Positions 47,064 to 55,439 of a DNA stretch of 64,000 nucleotides are shown here, piece after piece. The position numbers and the translations under genes were made by a program. A model generated the notes under the pieces. That model was not told where the DNA came from, did no database searches, and saw only the letters and a program-made list of their open reading frames with translations. The number at the start of each line of letters is the position of its first letter. Within the stretch, counting starts at the first letter, position 1. The stretch is from an uncultured Candidatus Saccharibacteria bacterium (lineage in GTDB: Bacteria > Patescibacteriota > Minisyncoccia > UBA6257 > UBA9933): contig CAYVOL010000001.1 of the NCBI GenBank assembly GCA_964453135.1, positions 24,895 through 88,894 of the forward strand, written 5' to 3'.

Positions 47064-49493
47064 ATGAATCTAATTATCGTTGAGTCTCCGGCAAAAACAA
47101 AAACCATAGCAAAGTACCTCAAGGGCGATTACGTTGTGAAAGCCAGCGTGGGCCATATTCGCGACTTGCCGAAAAACAACAAGAAAGCCATTGACATTGC
47201 GGGCGGTTTCACGCCGCATTATGAAATCATCCCAGGAAAAGAAAAAGTCATCGCCGAACTGAAAGAAACAGCCGGAAAAACAAAAGAAATTTTATTGGCC
47301 ACTGACCCGGACAGAGAAGGAGAAGCCATTGCCTGGCACATCATTGAGGCATTAAGCCTCGGAAATTCAAGATTCAAGATTAAAAATTCAAAACTGCCGA
47401 GCATTAAGCGGATTGTTTTTAATGAAATCACGGAATCCGCTGTCAAAGAAGCGTTAAAACATCCGCGAGACATTGATGTGAACTTGGTAAAAGCGCAGGA
47501 AGCGCGCCGCGTTCTTGACCGATTAGTGGGATACGATTTAAGCGGATTGATCTGGAAAAAAGTGCGCTACGGATTGTCGGCCGGCCGGGTGCAATCTCCG
47601 GCTTTGCGCATTTTAATGGAGAAAGAACGAGAAATTCGCGCTTTTAAGCCGGAAAATTACTGGGTGATAACCGGCGAGTTTGAAACCAAAAATAACGATA
47701 AAATAATTCTTATTTGCGAAGAAGAGCCGCGGGATAAAAAAGAGATGGAAAGAATAGTGGAAACGGCGAAGAAAAATAAGTGGCAAATAATCAATGCGAC
47801 GCAAACGGAGGCAAAACGTTCTCCCCGTCCTCCATTTATCACTTCCACGCTCCAGCAGGCGGCCAGCTCCCGCTTGGGAATGGCGCCCAGCCGCACAATG
47901 TCTTTGGCTCAAAAACTTTACGAGCAGGGATTCATCACTTATATGAGAACCGACAGCGTCAATATCAGCAAGGAAATTCTGCCGCAGATTTACGGAGTAA
48001 TAGAAAAACGCTTCGGCAAGAAATATCTCGCTCCGCGCGCTTACGCGGCGAAAAGCAAGACCGCCCAGGAAGCGCACGAGGCAATCAGGCCCAGCCGCCC
48101 GGATTTTATTCCGCAAAATTTAGGCGGCCAAGCAAAAATAACCGACAAACAGCAATCATCTCTTTATCAATTAATCTGGGAAAGAACTGTTGCTTCGCAA
48201 ATGGCTGACGCGAAAATTTCACGGACAAAAATCTCCGCCAATATTTATGATCAGCATGATATCTCTGGTTATCATGATATTTCTGATCACCATGATGTTT
48301 CTAATCACCATGATATTTCTGGTCATCATAATGTTTCGGATCATCCTAATATTTCTGGTCATCCTGAGCGAAGCGAAGGATCTCAAAAAGATTCTTCGAC
48401 TGCTTCGCTCCATCAGAATGACAATAATAAAATCCCCAACTTTTCCACCACTGGCAGCATAGTCATTTTTGACGGCTGGCTGGCCGCCGACCCTCTCAGC
48501 CGCGGAGAAAATGTTGAACTGCCCGCGTTAAAAATTGGGGAACCGTTAAAACTTCTTAACATCAGCGATGAAGAAAAAACCACTGAGCCGCCTCCCCGCT
48601 ACACCGAAGCCGGACTGATTAAAGAATTGGAAAAGCGGGAAATCGGCCGTCCCAGCACATACGCGACTATCATAAAAACCTTATATGACCGCGGGTACAC
48701 AATTAAGGAAGGCAAGGCGCTGAAGCCGACGGACACCGGCGAAGTAGTCAGTAATTTTTTGGAAAAAAATTTTTCCGCTTATATCAGCGATTCCTTCACC
48801 GCGGAAATGGAAAATGAATTAGACGAAATCGCCGGCGGCAAAAGGCGCTACGAAAAAATGTTGGGCGATTTTTATAAGCCGTTCTCGCAGGCGGTGAAAG
48901 ACAAAGAAAAAACCGCGGAAAAATTAACCAACCTCGGCGAAGCGGACAAAGAACACAAATGTCCGGTTTGCGAAGGGCCGATGGTGATAAAATTATCGCG
49001 CAGCGGAAAATTTTTAAGCTGCGCTAAATTCCCCGAATGCCAGGGAGCACGAAAAATCGACGGCGCCGCAATGGAAGGCCCGAAAGAAACCGGCGAAAAA
49101 TGTCCGCAATGTAAAGAGGGAGATTTAATTGAGCGGGAAGGCCGCTTTGGCAAATTCATCGCCTGCTCCAACTATCCCAAATGTAAATTTATAAAAACCA
49201 GCGCGGAAGAAGAGGCGAAGAAAAAAACCGGTGTCGCCTGCCCGGAGTGCCAAAAAGGATTGTCCGCCGAAGCCTCGGCAAAGACAGGCGAGATTATGGA
49301 GCGCCGCGGACGCTTCGGCTTGTTTTATTCCTGCTCCAATTATCCCAAATGCAAATTTATTATGAAATCGCGGCCAACAGGAAACATTTGTAAATTATGC
49401 AAAGCGCTGATGATGGAGGGAACTAAAACAATTCCCGAACGCTGCAGTGATAAAAATTGCCCCAATTACAATCCGTCAAAACAAAAGAATTAA
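47064..49493 (+). CDS. topA: DNA topoisomerase I with three repeat-derived insertions
   Basis: IVESPAK, ATDPDREGEAI, SAGRVQS, ITYMRTD, AQEAHEAIRP, GRPSTY, C-terminal Zn ribbons. Confidence 0.97.
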   Translation: MNLIIVESPAKTKTIAKYLKGDYVVKASVGHIRDLPKNNKKAIDIAGGFTPHYEIIPGKEKVIAELKETAGKTKEILLATDPDREGEAIAWHIIEALSLGNSRFKIKNSKLPSIKRIVFNEITESAVKEALKHPRDIDVNLVKAQEARRVLDRLVGYDLSGLIWKKVRYGLSAGRVQSPALRILMEKEREIRAFKPENYWVITGEFETKNNDKIILICEEEPRDKKEMERIVETAKKNKWQIINATQTEAKRSPRPPFITSTLQQAASSRLGMAPSRTMSLAQKLYEQGFITYMRTDSVNISKEILPQIYGVIEKRFGKKYLAPRAYAAKSKTAQEAHEAIRPSRPDFIPQNLGGQAKITDKQQSSLYQLIWERTVASQMADAKISRTKISANIYDQHDISGYHDISDHHDVSNHHDISGHHNVSDHPNISGHPERSEGSQKDSSTASLHQNDNNKIPNFSTTGSIVIFDGWLAADPLSRGENVELPALKIGEPLKLLNISDEEKTTEPPPRYTEAGLIKELEKREIGRPSTYATIIKTLYDRGYTIKEGKALKPTDTGEVVSNFLEKNFSAYISDSFTAEMENELDEIAGGKRRYEKMLGDFYKPFSQAVKDKEKTAEKLTNLGEADKEHKCPVCEGPMVIKLSRSGKFLSCAKFPECQGARKIDGAAMEGPKETGEKCPQCKEGDLIEREGRFGKFIACSNYPKCKFIKTSAEEEAKKKTGVACPECQKGLSAEASAKTGEIMERRGRFGLFYSCSNYPKCKFIMKSRPTGNICKLCKALMMEGTKTIPERCSDKNCPNYNPSKQKN
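48249..48422 (+). repeat. Six 18-bp tandem units plus a REP doublet, in frame in topA
   Basis: Units start at 48249, 48267, 48285, 48303, 48321, 48339; then ggtcatcctgagcgaagcgaaggatctc...agattcttcg...cagaatgaca; 174 nt total. Confidence 0.9.
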
Positions 49494-49502
49494 TAAAAAA
49501 TT

Positions 49503-49561
49503 TGTCGTTCCCCGCCCCGCCGTGGCGGCGGGGCGGGGCGAGGAATCTCGCGGGATTGCTT
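49503..49561. repeat. Left half of a REP-like doublet plus first 9 nt of the right half
   Basis: tgtcgttccccgccccgccgtggcggcggggcggggcgaggaatctcgcgggattgctt. Confidence 0.7.
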
Positions 49562-49578
49562 TTCCAATAAAACAAAGT

Positions 49579-49607
49579 TTGACTAAAATAGCATTTGCTG
49601 GTATTAT
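49579..49607 (+). promoter_or_regulatory. Sigma70-type promoter
   Basis: TTGACT-17-TATTAT. Confidence 0.6.
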
Positions 49608-49687
49608 ATAAAAAGTAAATAAACAGATTTTTATTGAGGCGTAAACACGCGGCACAATGATAGCGACTTCACAAAAGGAGGAACGAA

Positions 49688-50146
49688 ATGCTGGTGATCT
49701 CGGCTTTAAACACCATAAGACTGCTAATGGAAGAGGTGAAGGAAACCGAAATCCTGATAGAGCCGGAGGAAGAGGTGCGGAAAGGCGAGAGAGTCATAGG
49801 AGAGATGGCGGGAGAACTGAGAAAAATATACACCCTAGCGCAAGTTTACAGGCAAGCGGCAGTGAACTTGTCCCATTCTGTTTTAAATGGCGGCGCGACG
49901 GGCAAAGAATCAGAGAAGGGCAGGACGGCCTTCATAAAGATGAAGCGGTGCGAATATACCCATACCTATCTCATGGATACCCTGTGGCATTCTCTGTTCT
50001 TGTACTACGATGAAAAACTTTCCCATCTTTGCGCCGACACGGTTGCCGTAAGAGCCGGCTGGAAAATCGTCGTGTTCAATACTGACGACGCTGTTAAAGA
50101 ATGCGGCGAATGCCAATGCGGAACCGCAATGATTAATCCGAACTGA
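49688..50146 (+). CDS. Hypothetical protein
   Basis: SD AAGGAGG; VAVRAGWKIVV; C-terminal CxxCxC. Confidence 0.75.
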   Translation: MLVISALNTIRLLMEEVKETEILIEPEEEVRKGERVIGEMAGELRKIYTLAQVYRQAAVNLSHSVLNGGATGKESEKGRTAFIKMKRCEYTHTYLMDTLWHSLFLYYDEKLSHLCADTVAVRAGWKIVVFNTDDAVKECGECQCGTAMINPN

Positions 50147-50162
50147 AAAGAAAGGAGGCGCG

Positions 50163-50435
50163 ATGAACGTTTTGCTGGAATGTTTTAACGCCGCGTACAT
50201 TGAGGCACGGCGGCAATTTCAGAAGCAGTATCCGAAATACAACGCGGGCGCCGTGCTTTCTGCGTTTCAGAGATGCCCTCGCGCCCGCGGCGACCCCCGC
50301 GACATATCGGGAGCATACAAGCACGTTTTCGGCGGCGCGGAAACCGACGAAAAAGCACAGTGTTCCCAGTGCGATGGGTTTTTGTGGCGATACGAACGGG
50401 CTATCAGAAATTATTCCCGCGTTATGCGGGATTAA
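50163..50435 (+). CDS. Hypothetical protein, possible Zn ligand set
   Basis: SD AAGGAGG; CP...H...CSQC. Confidence 0.65.
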   Translation: MNVLLECFNAAYIEARRQFQKQYPKYNAGAVLSAFQRCPRARGDPRDISGAYKHVFGGAETDEKAQCSQCDGFLWRYERAIRNYSRVMRD

Positions 50436-50461
50436 AAAGAAAGGAGACGCCTTATGTATTT

Positions 50462-50499
50462 AGGGCTGTCCCGCTGTTGAGCGGGACAGCCCTTTTTTA
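50462..50499 (+). terminator. Intrinsic terminator
   Basis: agggctgtcccgct-gttg-agcgggacagccct plus T-run. Confidence 0.8.
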
Positions 50500-50527
50500 T
50501 TGGCTTTCCGAACAACGCAATTTCTAT

Positions 50528-50555
50528 TTGACAAAATTAAATAAAGTTGTATAAT
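50528..50555 (+). promoter_or_regulatory. Consensus sigma70 promoter
   Basis: TTGACA-16-TATAAT. Confidence 0.7.
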
Positions 50556-50650
50556 TATGAAATAAAAAGTGGCTCTTTCCCAATAAAATAACGGGATAAC
50601 GGGGTTTTTACCCCTAACGCGGCACTGCCGCAAAGAGAGGAGAAAGCGCG

Positions 50651-51034
50651 ATGAAGAGAATTTCTGTAATCGTCCTGTGTTTGGTTGTTGCTGGTTTCGC
50701 GTTAGTTGGTTGTTCACAACCGACACCCCAAGAGCGAAAGCAATACTATAACACCTTAACCCAACTCAAGAATGTCACGCGAGGAGATCTGATTGTCAAC
50801 AAAGATGGTTGGGTAGTAATCGTTTGCCTATCCCCCGTAAAAACAGCTGGTGGGATAGGAGAAGATATAAGCCTCCTTGTTAACGAGTGGGGGCTGTGGC
50901 AAACAAACATTCAAACTCTGTCGTATGAGCAGTATGTGCGCAGAGTTATTCTTAAAGGCGATCCGGATTATACAGATGCCCTAAGGCATTTTGCGATAAG
51001 GGATAAATACTATAAAGAGGCACCAATCAAATAA
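50651..51034 (+). CDS. Hypothetical lipoprotein
   Basis: Lipobox LVGC; SD GAGGAG. Confidence 0.75.
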   Translation: MKRISVIVLCLVVAGFALVGCSQPTPQERKQYYNTLTQLKNVTRGDLIVNKDGWVVIVCLSPVKTAGGIGEDISLLVNEWGLWQTNIQTLSYEQYVRRVILKGDPDYTDALRHFAIRDKYYKEAPIK

Positions 51035-51064
51035 ATATCGCGCACCTAAAGGAGGTGATATACG

Positions 51065-51256
51065 GTGCCATACTACTCAACGAAGAAGAAACACCACCGC
51101 AGCCATATCAGCGGCCAGCGGTGGGTGAAATCGGAGAATATGCAGGCCTACATTGAAAGCCTGCACCGCAAAGAGAAACAACTGATAAAGAAAATGGCGA
51201 AAATTCATTCCCGCTTCCGGTCTGAATATCAGAAGGAAGCGGCTCAAAGGAGGTGA
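51065..51256 (+). CDS. Small basic hypothetical protein
   Basis: AAGGAGGTGA before GTG; stop codon lies within the next gene's SD. Confidence 0.55.
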   Translation: MPYYSTKKKHHRSHISGQRWVKSENMQAYIESLHRKEKQLIKKMAKIHSRFRSEYQKEAAQRR

Positions 51257-51261
51257 TATAC

Positions 51262-51753
51262 ATGAAGGCGAAGTTTGTTTTTTTCGCGGCCTTCGCGGCA
51301 ATAGCGGTGTTATGGCTCATCGTGGGTTGCGCTCCGGGGACGCAGTTAGCGTTTAACCCGGAGATTCAAATGAACGGGTTCGGCGGGGCGTATGGAACAT
51401 CATACAGCCCCACCCTCCGCTATGGTTACTACTATCCCTTCGCGGAGATAGTGGTAACCAACAACACACCTTATTATCTTCAGCCTGAGCAGGACGGCCG
51501 GCTAAAGGTTTTAAGGGATGCCCAGGGGCAGGTTTACACCACTATTGCCCCAGGGCAGTCTTTGAGATACCACATCGCCGTGCCGTACTATACTTCGGTG
51601 CCCACGGCGGTCGTGGCCAAGGCGTTTACGCCAGACGGGAGATTTATTGGCGTTGCCGATAGAAAGTTTTACTTCTACGGCAACATCAATCAACGTCTTT
51701 TGGAGTCGTGGGTGGTCAACACCTACGATGTCCGGGAGGCGCGCTCCCGTTAG
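51262..51753 (+). CDS. Hypothetical lipoprotein (start MKAKF)
   Basis: AAGGAGGTGA; lipobox IVGC; beta-rich domain IVVTNNTPY. Confidence 0.75.
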   Translation: MKAKFVFFAAFAAIAVLWLIVGCAPGTQLAFNPEIQMNGFGGAYGTSYSPTLRYGYYYPFAEIVVTNNTPYYLQPEQDGRLKVLRDAQGQVYTTIAPGQSLRYHIAVPYYTSVPTAVVAKAFTPDGRFIGVADRKFYFYGNINQRLLESWVVNTYDVREARSR

Positions 51754-51774
51754 GATAAGACAAAAACATTTTTC

Positions 51775-51802
51775 CCCCGCAACAGGAATTCCTGTTGCGG
51801 GG
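51775..51802 (+). terminator. Palindromic terminator
   Basis: ccccgcaacaggaattcctgttgcgggg then T-rich tract. Confidence 0.7.
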
Positions 51803-51821
51803 CGTTTTATTTTAGGGGTTT

Positions 51822-51869
51822 GGATTGCTTCGCCCGCCCCGCCATGGCGGGGCGGGACTCGCAATGACA
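51822..51869. repeat. Right half of a REP-like doublet
   Basis: ggattgcttcgcccgccccgccatggcggggcgggactcgcaatgaca. Confidence 0.8.
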
Positions 51870-51913
51870 AAAATATCAATTATGACTTCTCTAAAAAATG
51901 CTATAATAAATTA

Positions 51914-52525
51914 ATGATTGAAAACATTATTGTTCATTTTTCCGCGGCGCACCCTTTGACGACTTACGGGGCTATTTTCGGAGGAATGTTCATTGAGGGC
52001 GAAATTATTTTGCTTTTGTCAGGCGTTTTGATAAAAGCGGGAGCCATCAGATTTTTTTACACCCTTCTAATCACCTTTGCGGCAGTGGCCCTCCACGACA
52101 TCGCCTACTGGTACATCGGCAAAAAACTTTTTCAATTCCATCAGACACGATTCCTCTGGTTCAAAATAGACAAAATCCTGCCGTTTCTTCACAAAATAAA
52201 AAGGCGGGAAGGATTTTATGTTTTCGTTTCCAAATTCATCTGGAATACCAACCGCTTCGTCTTAATATCTTTGGGCTATCTCAACACGCCCTTGGAAAAA
52301 TTTTTGAAGAACAGCCTGATGGCCGCTTTCTTCTGGCCCTTGACGCTGATTTCTTTGGGCTATATGTTTGCCGAACAAACCGAGCTGTTGCGGCAAGATT
52401 TGAAAATCGCCGCGATATTTGTAATAATCTTTGCTGCTGTTATCATGGTTTTAGGAGCGTCTTTCCAAAAATTCTTCAGAATCTTGAACGGCAATGCGGA
52501 GAGTATTTCCGGAAAAAAATCCTGA
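51914..52525 (+). CDS. DedA family membrane protein (start corrected to MIENII)
   Basis: FIEGEIILLLSG, DIAYWYIG, SKFIWNT. Confidence 0.85.
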   Translation: MIENIIVHFSAAHPLTTYGAIFGGMFIEGEIILLLSGVLIKAGAIRFFYTLLITFAAVALHDIAYWYIGKKLFQFHQTRFLWFKIDKILPFLHKIKRREGFYVFVSKFIWNTNRFVLISLGYLNTPLEKFLKNSLMAAFFWPLTLISLGYMFAEQTELLRQDLKIAAIFVIIFAAVIMVLGASFQKFFRILNGNAESISGKKS

Positions 52526-52526
52526 A

Positions 52527-52603
52527 GCGCGCGTAGCTCAGCCGGTTAGAGCGTCTCGTTTACACCGAGAAGGTCCCCTGTTCGAGCCAGGGCGCGCGCA
52601 CCA
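52527..52603 (+). tRNA. tRNA-Val(TAC)
   Basis: GCGCGCG...CGCGCGC-A-CCA; tctcg-ttTACac-cgaga; GTTCGAG. Confidence 0.95.
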
Positions 52604-52646
52604 ATTCAAAATTTGATTTTTCCAAAAAACTTGCTACAATATGATT

Positions 52647-52761
52647 GAGTCGTGGCAGTGATTCTCGGGTCAATGGATTAAAAAGGGAGGGAGTATTTAG
52701 TCTTCGGATTGAAAATCCCACCCACCTGGTTTACAGCCGGGATAATCCCACGCCACGGCTC
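52647..52761 (+). ncRNA. Putative structured small RNA, 6S-like rod with central bubble
   Basis: Promoter TTGATT-16-TACAAT ends 6 nt upstream; gagtcgtggc pairs with gccacggctc; apical stem with UUCG loop; T-run after the end. Confidence 0.55.
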
Positions 52762-52792
52762 TTTTAGCGCCAATTTAAATTGAAATAATTTT

Positions 52793-52993
52793 ATGCGCCA
52801 ATGTGAAATCTGCGGGAAAGGGTCTATTATGATGGCGGGCAGAAAAAAACTGCGCGGCAAATATAATCCCACTCCCGCGACAAGAAAATATCCCAATTTG
52901 CAAAAAGCTCTTCTCGCTGACGGAAGGCGCGTTTTGGCTTGCACAAAATGCATCAGGACCGACGCCAAAACAAAAAACAAGACAAAAAAGTAG
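52793..52993 (+). CDS. rpmB: 50S ribosomal protein L28
   Basis: CEICGKG...RKYPNLQ...CTKCIR. Confidence 0.92.
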   Translation: MRQCEICGKGSIMMAGRKKLRGKYNPTPATRKYPNLQKALLADGRRVLACTKCIRTDAKTKNKTKK

Positions 52994-52994
52994 C

Positions 52995-53036
52995 ATACCA
53001 AAACTCCCCCCGCCATGGCGGGGGGAGTTTTGGTAT
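52995..53036. terminator. Perfect 42-bp palindrome, probable bidirectional terminator
   Basis: ataccaaaactccccccgcca|tggcggggggagttttggtat. Confidence 0.8.
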
Positions 53037-53067
53037 TAAGCGGCATTGGTAAAAATTATCTTCTCTA

Positions 53068-53604
53068 TTATCTTCTCGTATTGTTCACCAAATGAAATGC
53101 CACGATGCCGAAAGCCACGGCGACATTCAACGATTCTTTCCCTTGGCCGGCGCAGCGAGGATGGCCGGCTTGCCTGATTATTTTTCCACGCATGGGGATT
53201 TCTAAAATTTTATCCGCCTGTTTTAGAATTGGCGGCGGCAAGCCTTTGGTTTCGCTTCCCAATATCAATGCCGAATTTTCAACCTGCAAAGCAGATAGGC
53301 GAACCTTGTGATAAGGGACGGATTTTTGCCCTTGTTCAATGGCAAAAATTTTATATTTTTTATCCGTCGGCGATTTTTTTAATTTATCAATAAATTTCAC
53401 GGCGGAGCGATAATATTCCCACTGGATATATTTCTCCGCGCCCAATGAAACTTTAGCGAACTGCGGGCGTGGACGACCGAACTCGTCAATAGGTTTGGGA
53501 GTGATACCGCAGAGATAAATTTTTTCTATGCCGAGAGCGTCGGCGGTGCGGAAAATAGAGCCGACATTATGGAGGCTGCGGATATTGTGCAAAATAATTT
53601 TCAT
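53068..53604 (-). CDS. TrmH/SpoU family RNA methyltransferase (start MKIILHN)
   Basis: HNIRSLHNVGSIFRTAD, LGSETKGL, EIPMRG...ESLNVAVAFG. Confidence 0.92.
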   Translation of the reverse strand: MKIILHNIRSLHNVGSIFRTADALGIEKIYLCGITPKPIDEFGRPRPQFAKVSLGAEKYIQWEYYRSAVKFIDKLKKSPTDKKYKIFAIEQGQKSVPYHKVRLSALQVENSALILGSETKGLPPPILKQADKILEIPMRGKIIRQAGHPRCAGQGKESLNVAVAFGIVAFHLVNNTRR

Positions 53605-53673
53605 ATTTTCCAGTATCAAACCAAACATTCAATGCGTCAAGAACAAATCTTCGGCTTTGGCGCTGTTTGGAAA

Positions 53674-53780
53674 GTCATTCTGAGTCCCCTTGCCCCGCCA
53701 AGGCGGGGGGCGAAGAATCCCGTATTGACCGCGGAAACTTTCAAGATGCTTCGTTCCGCCACGGCGGGGCTCAGCATGAC
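53674..53780. repeat. REP-like doublet
   Basis: gtcattctgagtcccc...gaagaatccc ... agatgcttcgttccgccacggcggggctcagcatgac. Confidence 0.85.
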
Positions 53781-53910
53781 TGGCGATATGAATCGGAGTT
53801 TTTCAAACAACGCTCCCCTTTTTGACAAAAAGAAAATTAAGCGCTATTCTTTTTATCAAAAGAAAGGTCGAGGGCAAAGAAAAAAGTAAAGAAAAAGAAC
53901 GAGATAAGAT

Positions 53911-54198
53911 ATGGAGACTTACAAAGACAAAGAATTTCTGGAATTTCTCGTCAAATCAATCGTTGACCATCCTGACGACGTTCAGGTAGAAAGGAAGGTT
54001 GATGAAATGGGAGTTCTGCTTTCTCTGAAAGTCAATCCGCTGGATATGGGACAAATTGTCGGAAGACAGGGCTCTACGGCAAAAGTCATCCGCTCTCTTT
54101 TGAGGATAGTGGGCGTTAAAAATCACGCCCGCGTCAACTTAAAAATTGTGGAGCCGGAAGGGTCCACCCGCGGACAGCAGCCAAGAGAATCTTTCTAA
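53911..54198 (+). CDS. khpA: KH-domain RNA-binding protein KhpA
   Basis: LVKSIVDHPDDV, DMGQIVGRQGSTAKVIRSLL. Confidence 0.88.
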   Translation: METYKDKEFLEFLVKSIVDHPDDVQVERKVDEMGVLLSLKVNPLDMGQIVGRQGSTAKVIRSLLRIVGVKNHARVNLKIVEPEGSTRGQQPRESF

Positions 54199-54203
54199 AC
54201 TAA

Positions 54204-54238
54204 AATCAAAAACCCCCGCTAAGCGGGGGTTTTTGATT
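54204..54238. terminator. Perfect 17-bp inverted repeat, probable bidirectional terminator
   Basis: aatcaaaaacccccgct-a-agcgggggtttttgatt. Confidence 0.8.
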
Positions 54239-54243
54239 GGAAC

Positions 54244-54702
54244 CTATTCAAATTTAATTTTTATCTTCTTCGCCTTCTTTTTATCAGCCTTGGGAAGAAC
54301 AATTTTCAAAATTCCGTTTTTGAGAGAAGCCGCGGAGCGATCGGTGTCAATCTCTTCAGGCAAAATAACGGAGCGGGAAAATTTCCCCCAATAACATTCC
54401 TGGACAAAATAATCTCGCTTGTCTTCTTTGCCGTATCTTTCCCGTTTGCCCTTTATAACCACCGATTCCGGAGTAATATCAACGTCCAAATCGTCTATGC
54501 TGACGCCCGCCACCGGCGCTTCAATGACTATATTGCCGTTGTCTTGATAGACATCCACAGCCAATTGACCTTCTTCTTCGTCAAAGATATTTTCTTCCCG
54601 CGACATTCTTCCGTTGTCAGTCAAATGAGGCTTAACCTTTTCTTCCCAGTCATCGTCCACCCCAGCCAACCTTTCAAAAAATTTTTTTGTGTCGTCGCTC
54701 AT
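54244..54702 (-). CDS. Hsp20/alpha-crystallin small heat-shock protein
   Basis: GQLAVDVYQ, ECYWGKFSRSVILP, LKNGILKIVLPK. Confidence 0.93.
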   Translation of the reverse strand: MSDDTKKFFERLAGVDDDWEEKVKPHLTDNGRMSREENIFDEEEGQLAVDVYQDNGNIVIEAPVAGVSIDDLDVDITPESVVIKGKRERYGKEDKRDYFVQECYWGKFSRSVILPEEIDTDRSAASLKNGILKIVLPKADKKKAKKIKIKFE

Positions 54703-54703
54703 T

Positions 54704-55429
54704 TTATTTCTTTAATTCTTTCGCATTAGATGCGGAGGTTAACCGCTCTTCCTCTCTTTTTATTTTTTCAAAATCATAAAAAATGAAAAAAGAAACGAGA
54801 AAAAGAAGTATTAGAGGGTAAATAATCACTCCTTTATGGACAATTATAAGATAATTAAAAACAGCATGCAAGACCGAGGCTGCCGCCAGGCCGATAACAA
54901 TGAAAATCGCGGTCTGCTTCCTGATAATGCCCTTGGCCCAATAATAACCCAGCAGGGCGGAACTAAAAGCGTGAAGCACGGTGGCGCCCAAAAATCGCGA
55001 GATTAATATATCCATTTTATAGCCGAGGGAAAAATCCTGCATCATGGTAGAAACATTTTCCGCAGCGGCAAAACCGGCGGCGGCTGTTATCATATAAATC
55101 ATCGCGTCTATCGGCTCGTCAAAATACGCGGTCCTGGCAATGGTAAGAAACACCGCCAGCCATTTTGCCGCTTCTTCAATAACGGCAAAAATCAGTATGG
55201 GGGAGAGATTTTCAGGGGAATTTCCCGAAAAAAAGGCAGCGGATAGGCCATTGCCATAAAATTTATTTAAGTAAATTTCGGCAAGCAAAGCCGCCAAGGC
55301 GGCGGCAACTCCTGTCAAAAAAACATAAAAAATTTCCCGGCGCGGTTCGGGATGAATATCCTCCTGCAAAAACAAGCTTAACCAGATAAGACTGGGCAGC
55401 AATCCGAGAAAAACGAAAGTGATGGCCAT
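54704..55429 (-). CDS. prsW: PrsW family intramembrane glutamic protease
   Basis: IEEAAKW, GFAAAEN, H in GATVLHA, LHAVFN. Confidence 0.88.
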   Translation of the reverse strand: MAITFVFLGLLPSLIWLSLFLQEDIHPEPRREIFYVFLTGVAAALAALLAEIYLNKFYGNGLSAAFFSGNSPENLSPILIFAVIEEAAKWLAVFLTIARTAYFDEPIDAMIYMITAAAGFAAAENVSTMMQDFSLGYKMDILISRFLGATVLHAFSSALLGYYWAKGIIRKQTAIFIVIGLAAASVLHAVFNYLIIVHKGVIIYPLILLFLVSFFIFYDFEKIKREEERLTSASNAKELKK

Positions 55430-55439
55430 AAAATTTTAA

